From: a virus
Length of the DNA stretch: 64,000 nucleotides
Virus record (IMG/VR): IMGVR_UViG_3300042923_001459
Location: 32,001-96,000 of that record
Reading direction: 5' to 3' (one strand)
Shown: positions 10,353 to 20,280 of the stretch, piece by piece
Position numbering within the stretch: the stretch's first letter is position 1
Layout: every line of letters begins with the position of its first letter
Notes under the pieces: generated by a model
Databases searched by the model: none
The model's input: the letters and a program-made list of their open reading frames with translations, nothing else
Told to the model about the DNA's origin: nothing
Translations under genes and position numbers: made by a program

Positions 10353-11168
10353 CTATTTGTTAAAGTACTTTCTTTGTCTTCCGACTTTTTCCAAGTGCTC
10401 TTTAACAGCAGAGTTGATAAATTTACTTAGCGTATATTTAGAATTAACTTCCATAGTCAATGCTGTTGCTGCAAGTTTCTTAATTTCATCAACTGCATCG
10501 TCATCAGTAATTCCATGTTCAGCCAATTTAGAAATAATCAATTTGTCCATTTTTTGATTAAACATTGCATATAATGCGTGTTTCACTTCGGGAGTTGCAT
10601 CATGTAAAAAAGCATCGCCAAATGAAGAATCGTAAAGTATGTTTGCAATTGTCTTGAAAGAAACATCTGAAGTATATCTAACGTCTTTTCTTTTTGTTGC
10701 AGCTGTTTTTGTTTGTTGTGCGAGTTGAGGATTTCTTACTGGAGTTTCTTCTTCATCCTCTTCAACTTCTTTAACTAAAACTGGAGCACCATTTTCATCT
10801 GTCGCTAATTTCCAAATTGTACCATCGTTAAAATTGTAATTGAACAACTCGCCGACACCTGATTCTCTTTGAAAACAATATCTTCCCCAAGCTAATTTTT
10901 TAAACTGACCACTTTCTTCAGCTTCATTTAAAGAAACATGTTGTAATTTAGCAGTATAAACTTTAAACTTACCATTTACAGTTTCTTCAACTTCAGTTTT
11001 GAATCCATTTACCTTTAACTCAGCTGCACAAACATCTGCTTCTTTTTTGGAATCAAATGTATCAAAAAGTTTTTTACTTTCGGCTTTCTCAATAGCTGAA
11101 GCAATCTTATTGAGTTCCTTACTTGAGAAAACTGAATAATCATCGGTACGTTTTATCATATTAAACAC
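10353..11168 (-). CDS. hypothetical protein, probable head-region protein
   Basis: RBS GAGGTG; several KxA sites (NKIAS, KKLAW, TKTAA). Confidence 0.6.
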   Translation of the reverse strand: MFNMIKRTDDYSVFSSKELNKIASAIEKAESKKLFDTFDSKKEADVCAAELKVNGFKTEVEETVNGKFKVYTAKLQHVSLNEAEESGQFKKLAWGRYCFQRESGVGELFNYNFNDGTIWKLATDENGAPVLVKEVEEDEEETPVRNPQLAQQTKTAATKRKDVRYTSDVSFKTIANILYDSSFGDAFLHDATPEVKHALYAMFNQKMDKLIISKLAEHGITDDDAVDEIKKLAATALTMEVNSKYTLSKFINSAVKEHLEKVGRQRKYFNK

Positions 11169-11244
11169 CTCACCTACTAAATGTATTACACTTTTGTATT
11201 TACATAAGTAAGTGTCTATTGATTATTATACATTTAAGTAAATA

Positions 11245-11865
11245 TTAATCGTTTTTAAGTTGGTCTTTCAATTTCTTGATTGTTTTCTTTTTAATAACAG
11301 ATACTCTGCTTTGACTAATATCTAACATATCACCAATTTCTTGTTGCTTAAATCCACTCATTGATAATTTAATAATTTGACTTTGTCTATCAGAAATTAA
11401 ATCGTATATTTCTTCTACGAACATTTTGTCATCTATAGATAAATGATCTTTTGAAGCTCCCATTAGATATTCCGAAAATTCTGTAGGTTGTTCTCTTTTG
11501 CGTTTAAAGTAGTAGCTTTGAATAAAAGCACGAAGTTTAATGATAAGATTTTTGAAAAGATATTTATCAAAAGGTATAAAGTTACCATTGTAGTAAGGAT
11601 TGTAATTTTTGCAAAAATCTACAAAATACATATAAGCTTGTTGATAAAGTTCATCGGAATCAAAATTTTTCCAGTATCCTAAACTATTTGCAACTTTTCT
11701 AATTTTTTCATCATACTTAAACCACATTGCATTTGGATCGTTCTTAATCAAGTATAAATCAGCTTCTACCGGTAAATCTTTTAGTTCTATAGGCCCATAT
11801 TCTCTTGCTTCTACTTCTTTATTTTCTGAAACCTCTGTATTTTCATTTTGCGGATTGTTTACCAT
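11245..11865 (-). CDS. RNA polymerase sigma-70 family factor (alternative/sporulation-like)
   Basis: Region 2 DELYQQAY...F..Y....I; region 4 LISDRQSQII...GFKQQEIGDMLDISQSRVS. Confidence 0.85.
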   Translation of the reverse strand: MVNNPQNENTEVSENKEVEAREYGPIELKDLPVEADLYLIKNDPNAMWFKYDEKIRKVANSLGYWKNFDSDELYQQAYMYFVDFCKNYNPYYNGNFIPFDKYLFKNLIIKLRAFIQSYYFKRKREQPTEFSEYLMGASKDHLSIDDKMFVEEIYDLISDRQSQIIKLSMSGFKQQEIGDMLDISQSRVSVIKKKTIKKLKDQLKND

Positions 11866-11959
11866 TATTTAATTTCCCTCCCAATTTTTAAAACAATAAA
11901 GGGCTGCAAGACAAAAATGAATGTCTCACAACCCATAAGGTGCTCTTTTAGGTTGTACA

Positions 11960-13180
11960 CTATTTTGGTGTAATTTGTGAAAACTGCCAGTTGTCCGGTA
12001 CAAAATACTGTCTTGCAACTCTTTGTATATCTTCTTTTGTTACTGCTTCGATACCACTGAGATAATCGTCAGGTTCAGTGGATGTTTCATCTATAATAGC
12101 ATTTCCGATGTAACTATTGATTGATGATGGTTTCTCAAGATTGATAATGTGAGAACCGCGAGTATATGCTATAGCGCGTTTCAATTCAATATCACTTACA
12201 GGTTCATTTCTTAAACGTTCGAATTCTTCAATAACAGTATCCTTAACTGCTTCAATCTTGCTTGCATCTAAACCAGTATAACCAAGAATCATTCCAGAAT
12301 CGCGAAGCGCATAATAACTAACACGAACTGTGTAAGCTAAACCACGTTTTTCTCTAATAAGTTGATATAATCTTGAAGAAGAACTGCCGCCTAAAATAAC
12401 ACATGCAATATCCATAGCGTAATAATCAGAACTATTAATCGATGGACCAAATAAACCCCAAGCAAAGTGAGCTTGTTCAATGCTTCTTTCAATCTCTATC
12501 GTGTTTGAATCTAAAATATCAGGTTCGAATTCTTCTTTTTTAAATTCATTAGGATTTTCTTGAAAGTCTTTTGTGTATTCTTCCATAAATTTATTGATAG
12601 CTTCATCATCTATCTTGCCAGTTGCTACAACAAATATATTGTTAGGTTGGTAAAATTTATTCTTGAAATCAATTAAATCTTGTCTTGATATCTCAGCAAC
12701 TTGTTTTGGTGTTCCACCAACTAATTGTCTGCTTGGAAAACTCTTATGCATTGCTGTAAAAAGCATGTCTGTAACATGTGAAGAAGTATCATCTGAGTAC
12801 ATCTTGAGTTCTTCTTGAATCACCGTTCGTTCCAATTCGACTTCTTCTTCAGGAATAGTAGAATGAAATATGATGTCAGATATTACATCTGCTGCTGTTT
12901 TCCAATTTTCCGCTGGCACTGTAGCAAAGTACCTAGTGTGTTGAAAACTTGTCTCAGCATTAATGTAACCGCCTATTGATTCAATTTCTTCCATAATTTG
13001 CTGTGAATTGCGTGAATCCGTTCCTTTAAATACCATGTGTTCAATGAAATGAGCGATACCAAATCTATCTGTTTCATCGTATGAACCAACTTTTACATAA
13101 ATACTAAATGTCATTGTTTTTGCAGACTCGATTTTTTCTGTATAAACATCGAGACCATTTGGAAGTGTTTTCTTTTGCAA
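11960..13180 (-). CDS. M16 family zinc peptidase (insulinase-like)
   Basis: Inverted zinc motif HFIEH in GIAHFIEHMVFKGT; LGGSSSSRLYQLIREKRGLAY. Confidence 0.92.
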   Translation of the reverse strand: MQKKTLPNGLDVYTEKIESAKTMTFSIYVKVGSYDETDRFGIAHFIEHMVFKGTDSRNSQQIMEEIESIGGYINAETSFQHTRYFATVPAENWKTAADVISDIIFHSTIPEEEVELERTVIQEELKMYSDDTSSHVTDMLFTAMHKSFPSRQLVGGTPKQVAEISRQDLIDFKNKFYQPNNIFVVATGKIDDEAINKFMEEYTKDFQENPNEFKKEEFEPDILDSNTIEIERSIEQAHFAWGLFGPSINSSDYYAMDIACVILGGSSSSRLYQLIREKRGLAYTVRVSYYALRDSGMILGYTGLDASKIEAVKDTVIEEFERLRNEPVSDIELKRAIAYTRGSHIINLEKPSSINSYIGNAIIDETSTEPDDYLSGIEAVTKEDIQRVARQYFVPDNWQFSQITPK

Positions 13181-13193
13181 CGTCGTACCTCCT

Positions 13194-13751
13194 TTATTTT
13201 AATAATCCTTCAATAGTAGATTCAACTTCATTCCAATCCTTAACCCTAATGATTCCTTCTGAAGTAGAATTTTTTCTATTTTTTGGGAGGTCCATGAAGA
13301 TAGTGGTAATTCCTACTTTATGCATCGATTCAACAACTTTTGGATAATCATCAACAAATGCGTTTAAGTTTAGGTCTTTAGCTAAGTTAGATTTTTCTTC
13401 ATCAAAATACAATTCATGATATTTAATTCCATTCTGCTTCAACCAGATTTTTGTTCTCTCTACAGCTGTTAGAGGTCTGGCTGTAATAATGATAATTTCA
13501 TGACCTTCATCATACCACTTATTAATTGTTTCTACTGATTTTGGAAATGGACTTAAGTCTTCAAATATTTCATTTCCAAAGTTTTTAAAAAATTCATCCA
13601 TTAGTGATTTTGGTATATCGTATACGTCACTGAGTCTTCCATTAACATCGTTTACTGTAATGTTCTTATTAAATTTTTCGTTTAATAATGGAAGGTAGTA
13701 ACTAAAGCTATCGGCTATTGTATCGTCAATGTCAAAACCTAACTTTGCCAA
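13194..13751 (-). CDS. HAD-family 5'(3')-deoxyribonucleotidase (NT5C-like)
   Basis: FDIDDTIAD, ITAR, FVDD motifs. Confidence 0.85.
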   Translation of the reverse strand: MAKLGFDIDDTIADSFSYYLPLLNEKFNKNITVNDVNGRLSDVYDIPKSLMDEFFKNFGNEIFEDLSPFPKSVETINKWYDEGHEIIIITARPLTAVERTKIWLKQNGIKYHELYFDEEKSNLAKDLNLNAFVDDYPKVVESMHKVGITTIFMDLPKNRKNSTSEGIIRVKDWNEVESTIEGLLK

Positions 13752-13763
13752 CTTGAAAACCCC

Positions 13764-14177
13764 TTACTCGTTTTGTTTTATATAATCTTCTAGAATTTTG
13801 AATGCTTCTGGGCTTTTATCCTTGTCCTGGATATCGGTGCCTCTGGGAATGTAGATAATGTTTCTACGTTCTGGCTTAAGAGTTTCAATTAAAACTTCCA
13901 TTGCTTTGAATGGGTCTCCTTCATCACCACAAGTAAATACATCTGCTGCAGCATAACCAAGCTCTGGATAGGTGTGAATGCTCATATGACTTTCACTCAA
14001 TAAAGCTAAGGCTGTTACTCCAAATGGTTTGAATTGATGTGAGGACAAATTCAGCAATGTCATTTTAGCTTCTTCAACCGCTTTCTTGAATGTTTCAAGA
14101 AAAAGTTCCTCATTATCTAATACTTTAAAATCACAACCGTACATTTCCAATATAACGTGTTTTCCCAGTGACTGCAA
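13764..14177 (-). CDS. speD: S-adenosylmethionine decarboxylase proenzyme
   Basis: GKHVILEMYGC; pyruvoyl autocleavage motif LSESHMSIHTYPE; DVFTCG. Confidence 0.93.
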   Translation of the reverse strand: MQSLGKHVILEMYGCDFKVLDNEELFLETFKKAVEEAKMTLLNLSSHQFKPFGVTALALLSESHMSIHTYPELGYAAADVFTCGDEGDPFKAMEVLIETLKPERRNIIYIPRGTDIQDKDKSPEAFKILEDYIKQNE

Positions 14178-14414
14178 TTCCAGCCCCCTCCTTTATAATA
14201 TGCATTTTTAATTTTTTTTTAAATACCTCACTAACAAAGTGGAATATTTGATCTTTGTTAACGTATTAGAATCTTCTTACTTGAATGATTATCAACGCAA
14301 CATTCTAAGAATAATCAACTGACTAAATATAATAACCAAAGTATGTATTTTTTTTAAATAATTTTTTTTCTAATAGCCAAGTCTGGGTTGCATTTTAGAG
14401 ACGCTAACAAAACA

Positions 14415-14441
14415 AAAAGGTGAGATAAATTCTCACCTTTC
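14415..14441 (-). terminator. intrinsic terminator after subtilisin gene
   Basis: AAAGGTGAGA-TAAAT-TCTCACCTTT stem with T-run on the minus strand. Confidence 0.7.
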
Positions 14442-14451
14442 ATTTTACAAA

Positions 14452-15378
14452 TTATTTTATGTTATTGAAAGAGAATAATCCATATCCAAATTCATTATCT
14501 CTACCACTTATTCCTTCATCTTTACTGTTAGCTGCAAGGAATGATAGAACATCATGCGGTTTCATCATTTTACCTGTTTTTTGTAGAGAATCAGCTTGAA
14601 TTAATGCAACAGCACCGGCAATATGAGGACAAGCCATAGAGGTTCCAGATAGACGAGCATATTTTCCATTAGGAAAAGTACTAACCACGTCAACCCCGGC
14701 AGCAGAAACGTCAACCTCTACACTAGTACTAGAAAAAGAACCCTTGTGTTCTATTGAGTCAACGGCTGCAACTGAAATAACTTCATCAAAACTTGCAGGA
14801 TAACCAACTGTATCTTGACCAGCACCTTCATTACCAGCAGCAGCTACCAATACAATTCCAGCATCATATGCTTTTTTAATTGCATTATACAATGACGGGA
14901 TAAAACCTGGAGCTCCGAGACTCATAGAGACAACATGAATTCCATTTTCAATACACCATTCAAGACCTTGAATAATCCATTCTAATGTACCTTGACCACT
15001 GTCACTAAGTACCTTTACAGCATATAACTCAACTTCAGGTGCAACTCCTACAATACCAAGATAGTTTATTGAAGCGCCAATTACTCCAGCACAGTGAGTA
15101 CCATGACCTTGACGATCCATGTAATCATTGATGTCTGAAGTGGTAAAATTAACTCCACCCTTGAATCTGTCTTTTAGATCTTGATGATTGTAATCAATGC
15201 CAGTATCAAGTACAGCAACTTTAATTCCAGCGCCCTTTGTTTTTTCCCATTCTTTTTGAGCGCCAATTAGACGTACACCATATTCAACATTATCAATTGC
15301 ATTAGTTGATGCAGTCTTTAAAAATCCTTCAGCTTCAATAATTTCTAAAACCTTAAAACCAGAAACTTTAAATTCCAT
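14452..15378 (-). CDS. subtilisin-like S8 serine protease, no signal peptide
   Basis: Triad VAVLDTG, GHGTHCAG, GTSMACPH; oxyanion AAAGN. Confidence 0.95.
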   Translation of the reverse strand: MEFKVSGFKVLEIIEAEGFLKTASTNAIDNVEYGVRLIGAQKEWEKTKGAGIKVAVLDTGIDYNHQDLKDRFKGGVNFTTSDINDYMDRQGHGTHCAGVIGASINYLGIVGVAPEVELYAVKVLSDSGQGTLEWIIQGLEWCIENGIHVVSMSLGAPGFIPSLYNAIKKAYDAGIVLVAAAGNEGAGQDTVGYPASFDEVISVAAVDSIEHKGSFSSTSVEVDVSAAGVDVVSTFPNGKYARLSGTSMACPHIAGAVALIQADSLQKTGKMMKPHDVLSFLAANSKDEGISGRDNEFGYGLFSFNNIK

Positions 15379-15464
15379 TTAAAGCACCTCCAGTGATTTA
15401 AAATACTTAATTCAATGATTAGAATTAAGTATAATAAATATATAAGATGATGTTTAAAAAATAA

Positions 15465-15500
15465 TAAAAGCTTACTCTATTTGAGAGAGTAAGCTTTTAT
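15465..15500 (-). terminator. terminator-like hairpin after terminase
   Basis: AAAAGCTTACTCT...AGAGTAAGCTTTT inverted repeat. Confidence 0.7.
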
Positions 15501-15511
15501 ACTTGAGGTTA

Positions 15512-17179
15512 TTAAACTCTATACATTCTTCCAGTTGTAGGTCTTGGCATTCTACTTTTTCCACCAAATTCAGCTGCAAAATTAGCTAACGCATCAGAAC
15601 AACAAGCATCATCATGTCCACCATTTGGAGCTTCAATTCTTTTATTAACTGTTTGACGAACTTCCATCTCTAAATCTTTCCATTCACCAATCATTTTATG
15701 ATAAAAACCACCTAAATCTCTATTGCCAGTTTTATTAATTACATCTTTAGAAGGATATTTGAACCTTCCAACTTCTATATCATGCTTTATTTTTGCGAAC
15801 ATAATATTTTTCATATTCATACCAGAACGAGTATAGGAATCAGAAGCATTAAATGTGATACCTTCTAATTGTCTTAACCCATCTTGATCTCTAAGAATAT
15901 CAACAATTGGTCTACCTACACCAGTAAAATCAGCAAAAATTGACTCTACTGGAAATTTAGGTCTTGGTCCGCCAAACAATTTTAAAATTTCTAATCTTTG
16001 AGTATTAAAGCTCTCACCATGCATCTCCATAGCAAATACCTTTTCTCTTAATCCATTTGGTTGAACTCTCAATACTGAAATATGAGTATAATCGGCACCT
16101 GATGCGGCAGAACCTGCAAAGTCAATACCTGCAACGTATTTTTCTCCATAGTTGCCACTTTCTTGCCATTCGTGTTCTCCAGAGATCAATGTATCCCATT
16201 CCGATGTACTTAGGAATTGGCCAGCTCCATCAACAAATTCAAGCATATATTGTGTCTTAAAATCCTCTACTGACATTTCTCCTTCAGTCCAAACTTCTGG
16301 ATTTTTAGGGAAATATTGTTGCTTTAAAGGCTTAGGCATCAAACGAAGAACGTAAGCAGAGTATGGTCTCATTTCTTCTGGATTTTTGTAATCTGGAAGA
16401 TAAGTAGCATCCAAAGCCCATAATTGAGGACACTCTGTCCAGTCTTTTCTGATTTGAACAAATCCTTTTGGATTTTTAATTGAATCATATGCAATACCAG
16501 GTTGAAATGATTCCCAGAAATGATTACGAAATTTAGGTGTACCAATTTTAATAATTTTAGCATTTGTTGCACCACCCATCGGAACAATACGCTCAGATAC
16601 GGTGTAATTGGAAATTTTTTGTGCTTCATCTAATACAATTATATCAAATGTCAAACCCTCAATATTTGATTGGTCGGAACCAGAAACTGCCATTACATAA
16701 GAGCCATTGCTAAGTTCAATTTTACCTTTTGTACATTTTACAAGTTTATTGTTGAGTTTTTCTTCATTCATTTGAAAGAAGATAGCTGTACGTCCAACAT
16801 TAAGTTCTGCTTGCTGAATACGAGGGGTAAAGATACCAATTCTCATGTTTGGATAATTATCTAATAGGTAACCGGTAAATGATGCAATTGATTCTGTTTT
16901 ACCAGCTTGTCGAGCCATGAGGGCTGCAACAGAACGAATTTTAGGATTACATACAGCTCTAATTAACTCTACTTGATTAGCATGTAATTTCTGTTTATTT
17001 GGTGGCAAATGAGCTCTAAGAACTCTATGACAATATTCAACTGGATCCATTTTTGTAAGCATTTTTTTAAATATATAGCCACCTAAATCTTCACCATGAA
17101 TTTTATTTTGTTTCATAGCATTAAGTTGACCTTGAATAGCATTTGTATCACTTTTAAGTTTCGATATGTCGAAGAACAA
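15512..17179 (-). CDS. terL: terminase large subunit
   Basis: Walker A ARQAGKTE, Walker B IIVLDEA, coupling motif GTP, nuclease GIDFA and HDDACCSDA. Confidence 0.9.
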   Translation of the reverse strand: MFFDISKLKSDTNAIQGQLNAMKQNKIHGEDLGGYIFKKMLTKMDPVEYCHRVLRAHLPPNKQKLHANQVELIRAVCNPKIRSVAALMARQAGKTESIASFTGYLLDNYPNMRIGIFTPRIQQAELNVGRTAIFFQMNEEKLNNKLVKCTKGKIELSNGSYVMAVSGSDQSNIEGLTFDIIVLDEAQKISNYTVSERIVPMGGATNAKIIKIGTPKFRNHFWESFQPGIAYDSIKNPKGFVQIRKDWTECPQLWALDATYLPDYKNPEEMRPYSAYVLRLMPKPLKQQYFPKNPEVWTEGEMSVEDFKTQYMLEFVDGAGQFLSTSEWDTLISGEHEWQESGNYGEKYVAGIDFAGSAASGADYTHISVLRVQPNGLREKVFAMEMHGESFNTQRLEILKLFGGPRPKFPVESIFADFTGVGRPIVDILRDQDGLRQLEGITFNASDSYTRSGMNMKNIMFAKIKHDIEVGRFKYPSKDVINKTGNRDLGGFYHKMIGEWKDLEMEVRQTVNKRIEAPNGGHDDACCSDALANFAAEFGGKSRMPRPTTGRMYRV

Positions 17180-17256
17180 AACAATACACTCCCTTGTGAA
17201 TATTTATTAATAAATATAAACACAAGGTACTTTATAATAACAAGAAAAAAGAGAAC

Positions 17257-18000
17257 TCAAACGAGTTCTCTTTCAGTAATTATTTTATCAATTTCTCTTT
17301 TAATCATAGCAAATACTTCGTCAACTGATTTTTGTTTGCCATTTTTCATTTGATCAATAACGATCCAGTTATCTCTAGTTTTTGCAAAGTCGAGATAAGT
17401 TTCTGATACATTAATTAGAAGTTGATTGTTATTTTCATGAATATCTTCTTTACCTTCTTGATACTCTCGTTTACCACGAGATTCAATTCGCTCGATAGAA
17501 ATTGAAGGGTCAACATAAAGATAAAAATTGTAATCAGGCTTCACAACTTTAAGTTCATTGAACTCCATGTCTTCAATCCATCCAATGAATTCTTGTCTCT
17601 CTTCTTTTGATATTTTTTTACCAGCTGTAAAAAGATTAGAGTAAGTATATCTATCAGCCAATACAATATGACCATTTTCAATACTATTTTTTATTTCATC
17701 TCTTAATCTTGCTCTATCTGCAGCATAAGCAATACATATGAGTTCATCAGGGACGCTGTCAATACCACCATATTCGCCCTTGAGGTATGATGCAATTACT
17801 TTTCCAATTGGACGTTCATATTCAGGAAAAGAAACAATGTGCACTGTATGACCAAGATTTTCAAGATACTTAGCTGTACTTTTAACATGTGTACCTTTAC
17901 CCGCTCCATCAATTCCCTCGAATGTAAGAAGTAAGCCTTGTTCTAGACGTTTTTTGTTTTTAAAGAGATTGTAAATTTGTAGCTTACTCATTGCTGCCAT
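17257..18000 (-). CDS. tmk: thymidylate kinase
   Basis: P-loop TFEGIDGAGKGT, YAADR, LADRY. Confidence 0.9.
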   Translation of the reverse strand: MAAMSKLQIYNLFKNKKRLEQGLLLTFEGIDGAGKGTHVKSTAKYLENLGHTVHIVSFPEYERPIGKVIASYLKGEYGGIDSVPDELICIAYAADRARLRDEIKNSIENGHIVLADRYTYSNLFTAGKKISKEERQEFIGWIEDMEFNELKVVKPDYNFYLYVDPSISIERIESRGKREYQEGKEDIHENNNQLLINVSETYLDFAKTRDNWIVIDQMKNGKQKSVDEVFAMIKREIDKIITERELV

Positions 18001-18004
18001 CCCT

Positions 18005-18304
18005 TCAAACGTTTAATTTTTGTTTGTATTTATTTTTAAGAACAGTATTAAGAGTATCGAAATAGAAACAAGGTTCACCTTTATCGTTTAAACCTCTACC
18101 CATATAGACAAATTCTTCAACAGTGTTATCTTCAAATTCAATTTTAAATCCTTCTTTGTATAAATAGTCTTCTAATTGATGGAAAACATAAGTATCTACC
18201 GTTTCTGTATCTACTAACACATCACCATTTGGCATAGTGATTTTAGCAATTGAACCAATGCTATCTTGTTCGTTAACAATGAATTCTAAGAACTCCATAA
18301 ACAT
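18005..18304 (-). CDS. hypothetical protein
   Basis: ORF in operon. Confidence 0.6.
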   Translation of the reverse strand: MFMEFLEFIVNEQDSIGSIAKITMPNGDVLVDTETVDTYVFHQLEDYLYKEGFKIEFEDNTVEEFVYMGRGLNDKGEPCFYFDTLNTVLKNKYKQKLNV

Positions 18305-18384
18305 TCCTCTTTTCTTATTCTTATTTAATTATTATATGAATTATGTATACTCATTTTAAAGGATAATTAAATAAAAAAGACACC

Positions 18385-19086
18385 TTATTCATCGGTGCCT
18401 TTCAATTTGTTTATTTTGTTAATAAAAGCATTGTTGAAACCAGTCACTTCACGTATCTTGGCTTTACTTAAATCTATTTCACCAATACAACTTTTTTGAG
18501 CACATTTAATTGTTCCCGTGAAATCCTTATTGATAAGTTCTTTTGTAGCTTTTCTACAGGTTGGGCATCTTACTGATATGAGTTTCACAATTGCGTTCCT
18601 AGAGAACTTGCCAGCAGTTTCATCTTTATTCTCTTTATTTTCTTCATGATAGAGAAAAGTATTAGTTAAAGACCTTGCTGTTCTCTTTAAAGTGGTATCA
18701 AACAAAGTTTTCAATCTACCTGTATTTTTTACTGGATTTTTTACAACCTCAACTTGATCGTGTTCGTCAACCCACAATAAACCATATCCTTGTGGTAGTT
18801 CTTCTGGTTGAATTAAGTTAGTTGGACACATGATGTATGCATAGTGAGCATGATGAAAATAGGATGTTTTATCTCCAAATAGTTTAGTGTCTCTCTTATA
18901 ATCACCTTTTGAAGCTTTTACCTCAATAACCCTAACTTCTCTTCTTTTCAGATTCAAACCAACTGCATCCGCTATACTCCAAGCGTTATTGAATTCGACC
19001 TCGTTAGCTACTAAATCAGTCACTTTACTTTTTAGCCAATGCAATGCTACATATTTAAGGTGCTTGTGTGTTTCTCCCTCAGCCAT
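18385..19086 (-). CDS. PD-(D/E)XK nuclease-fold protein (MmcB-like) with C-terminal zinc ribbon
   Basis: IADAVG...VIEVKASKGDYKRD; CPTC...CAQKSC. Confidence 0.65.
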   Translation of the reverse strand: MAEGETHKHLKYVALHWLKSKVTDLVANEVEFNNAWSIADAVGLNLKRREVRVIEVKASKGDYKRDTKLFGDKTSYFHHAHYAYIMCPTNLIQPEELPQGYGLLWVDEHDQVEVVKNPVKNTGRLKTLFDTTLKRTARSLTNTFLYHEENKENKDETAGKFSRNAIVKLISVRCPTCRKATKELINKDFTGTIKCAQKSCIGEIDLSKAKIREVTGFNNAFINKINKLKGTDE

Positions 19087-19163
19087 GAAATCGCCTCCTT
19101 ATATATTCTATTCAAAATTTGCAAACTTTATTACAAAATAAATAAAAAAGGAGCCGAAGCTCC

Positions 19164-19577
19164 TTATTCAAAACCATCTTTTAATTTAGCAATTCTTGCT
19201 ATTTCTACAAAAAGCTTTTTAAATTCATCAAAATCATAGAAAGTATATCTAGCACTGTGTGTTGAAGAATCATGATTGAAATGCGAAGTTTTAAAATTGG
19301 ATTTATCTAAATACGATATTAAAGTTCTGTGATCATGTGCATGTTTCATTAAGTAAATAGAAAAGACCAATTTATCTTCATAACAAAACAATTCAAACTC
19401 AAATATTTTATTTACATTAATTCGTAGATAGGTTAGTGTTTCATCACTGTGAAGTGTCTTCATCGTTACTGGAGCTCCACCAGTTAATTCTGCCATTACA
19501 AGAAATGCGCTTAGAAAATCCTCAAATTCATCCAACATTACAATACTACTCTTTATATGCACCAACGAGTTTTTCAA
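19164..19577 (-). CDS. hypothetical protein carrying the shared helix motif (FEDFLSAFLVMAELTG)
   Basis: ORF followed by terminator at 19145-19165; motif shared with the 35-41 kb family. Confidence 0.6.
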   Translation of the reverse strand: MKNSLVHIKSSIVMLDEFEDFLSAFLVMAELTGGAPVTMKTLHSDETLTYLRINVNKIFEFELFCYEDKLVFSIYLMKHAHDHRTLISYLDKSNFKTSHFNHDSSTHSARYTFYDFDEFKKLFVEIARIAKLKDGFE

Positions 19578-20280
19578 TTGCTTTTTTCCTCGCTTTCATA
19601 GATTCCAAATTATCTCTAAGCGTATCAAGCTTTCTTTGAGCCAAATTTACTTTATCTGGTTCAATTTCGTTATCAACGATAATTTTTTGAATTTCAATTT
19701 CAACTTCTAACTTTGGAATACTTTTGGTTACGTCTTCTAATAAACCTTTTAAAATATAAATCTTTAATTCGTCCATGTTACTCACTTTTTCTTCGCCACC
19801 TTTTGGTAAATTACTTATTCTTTCAATAGTGCTGTTTTCAGAGTTGCGTTGAAACACATAGTGAGGTATTTTTTTAGCCTCATCTTTTTTTGGTTCAACT
19901 TTTTTCTTTTTTAACTCTTTTACAGGAACAACAATATCTTTTGTTTCTTCTTCTAAATCTAATTTTAGATTTATTTTTTCAATATCTAGACTTTGTTCTT
20001 TAGCTATCACTCTTTCTAACCATTCATCATTGATTGGAGGAAGATCAAGCTCTGCAATAGGGGCATAAACTGTGTCTAGTGTTTTCAATTCTTCTTCGAC
20101 GTTAAGTTCAACTTCCTTTTCAACAAATACTTCATCAACTGCAGATTCTTTTTCTGGCTGACTTTCTTCAATCGGAGCTTGTTGTATTGGCTGTGAGTCA
20201 TTTATTAACTCAGATTCGCTCTGTTTCCTTGAAGAATTATTATTTAAACGTGGATTATAAGAATTTTTACCCTTGGCCAT
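19546..20280 (-). CDS. hypothetical acidic coiled-coil protein
   Basis: Overlaps neighbours in operon. Confidence 0.6.
   Translation of the reverse strand: MAKGKNSYNPRLNNNSSRKQSESELINDSQPIQQAPIEESQPEKESAVDEVFVEKEVELNVEEELKTLDTVYAPIAELDLPPINDEWLERVIAKEQSLDIEKINLKLDLEEETKDIVVPVKELKKKKVEPKKDEAKKIPHYVFQRNSENSTIERISNLPKGGEEKVSNMDELKIYILKGLLEDVTKSIPKLEVEIEIQKIIVDNEIEPDKVNLAQRKLDTLRDNLESMKARKKAIEKLVGAYKE

Noticed and set aside
15512-17179. Intein or intron in terminase
   Set aside because: 555 aa with contiguous ATPase and nuclease motifs; no intein boundary motifs seen.
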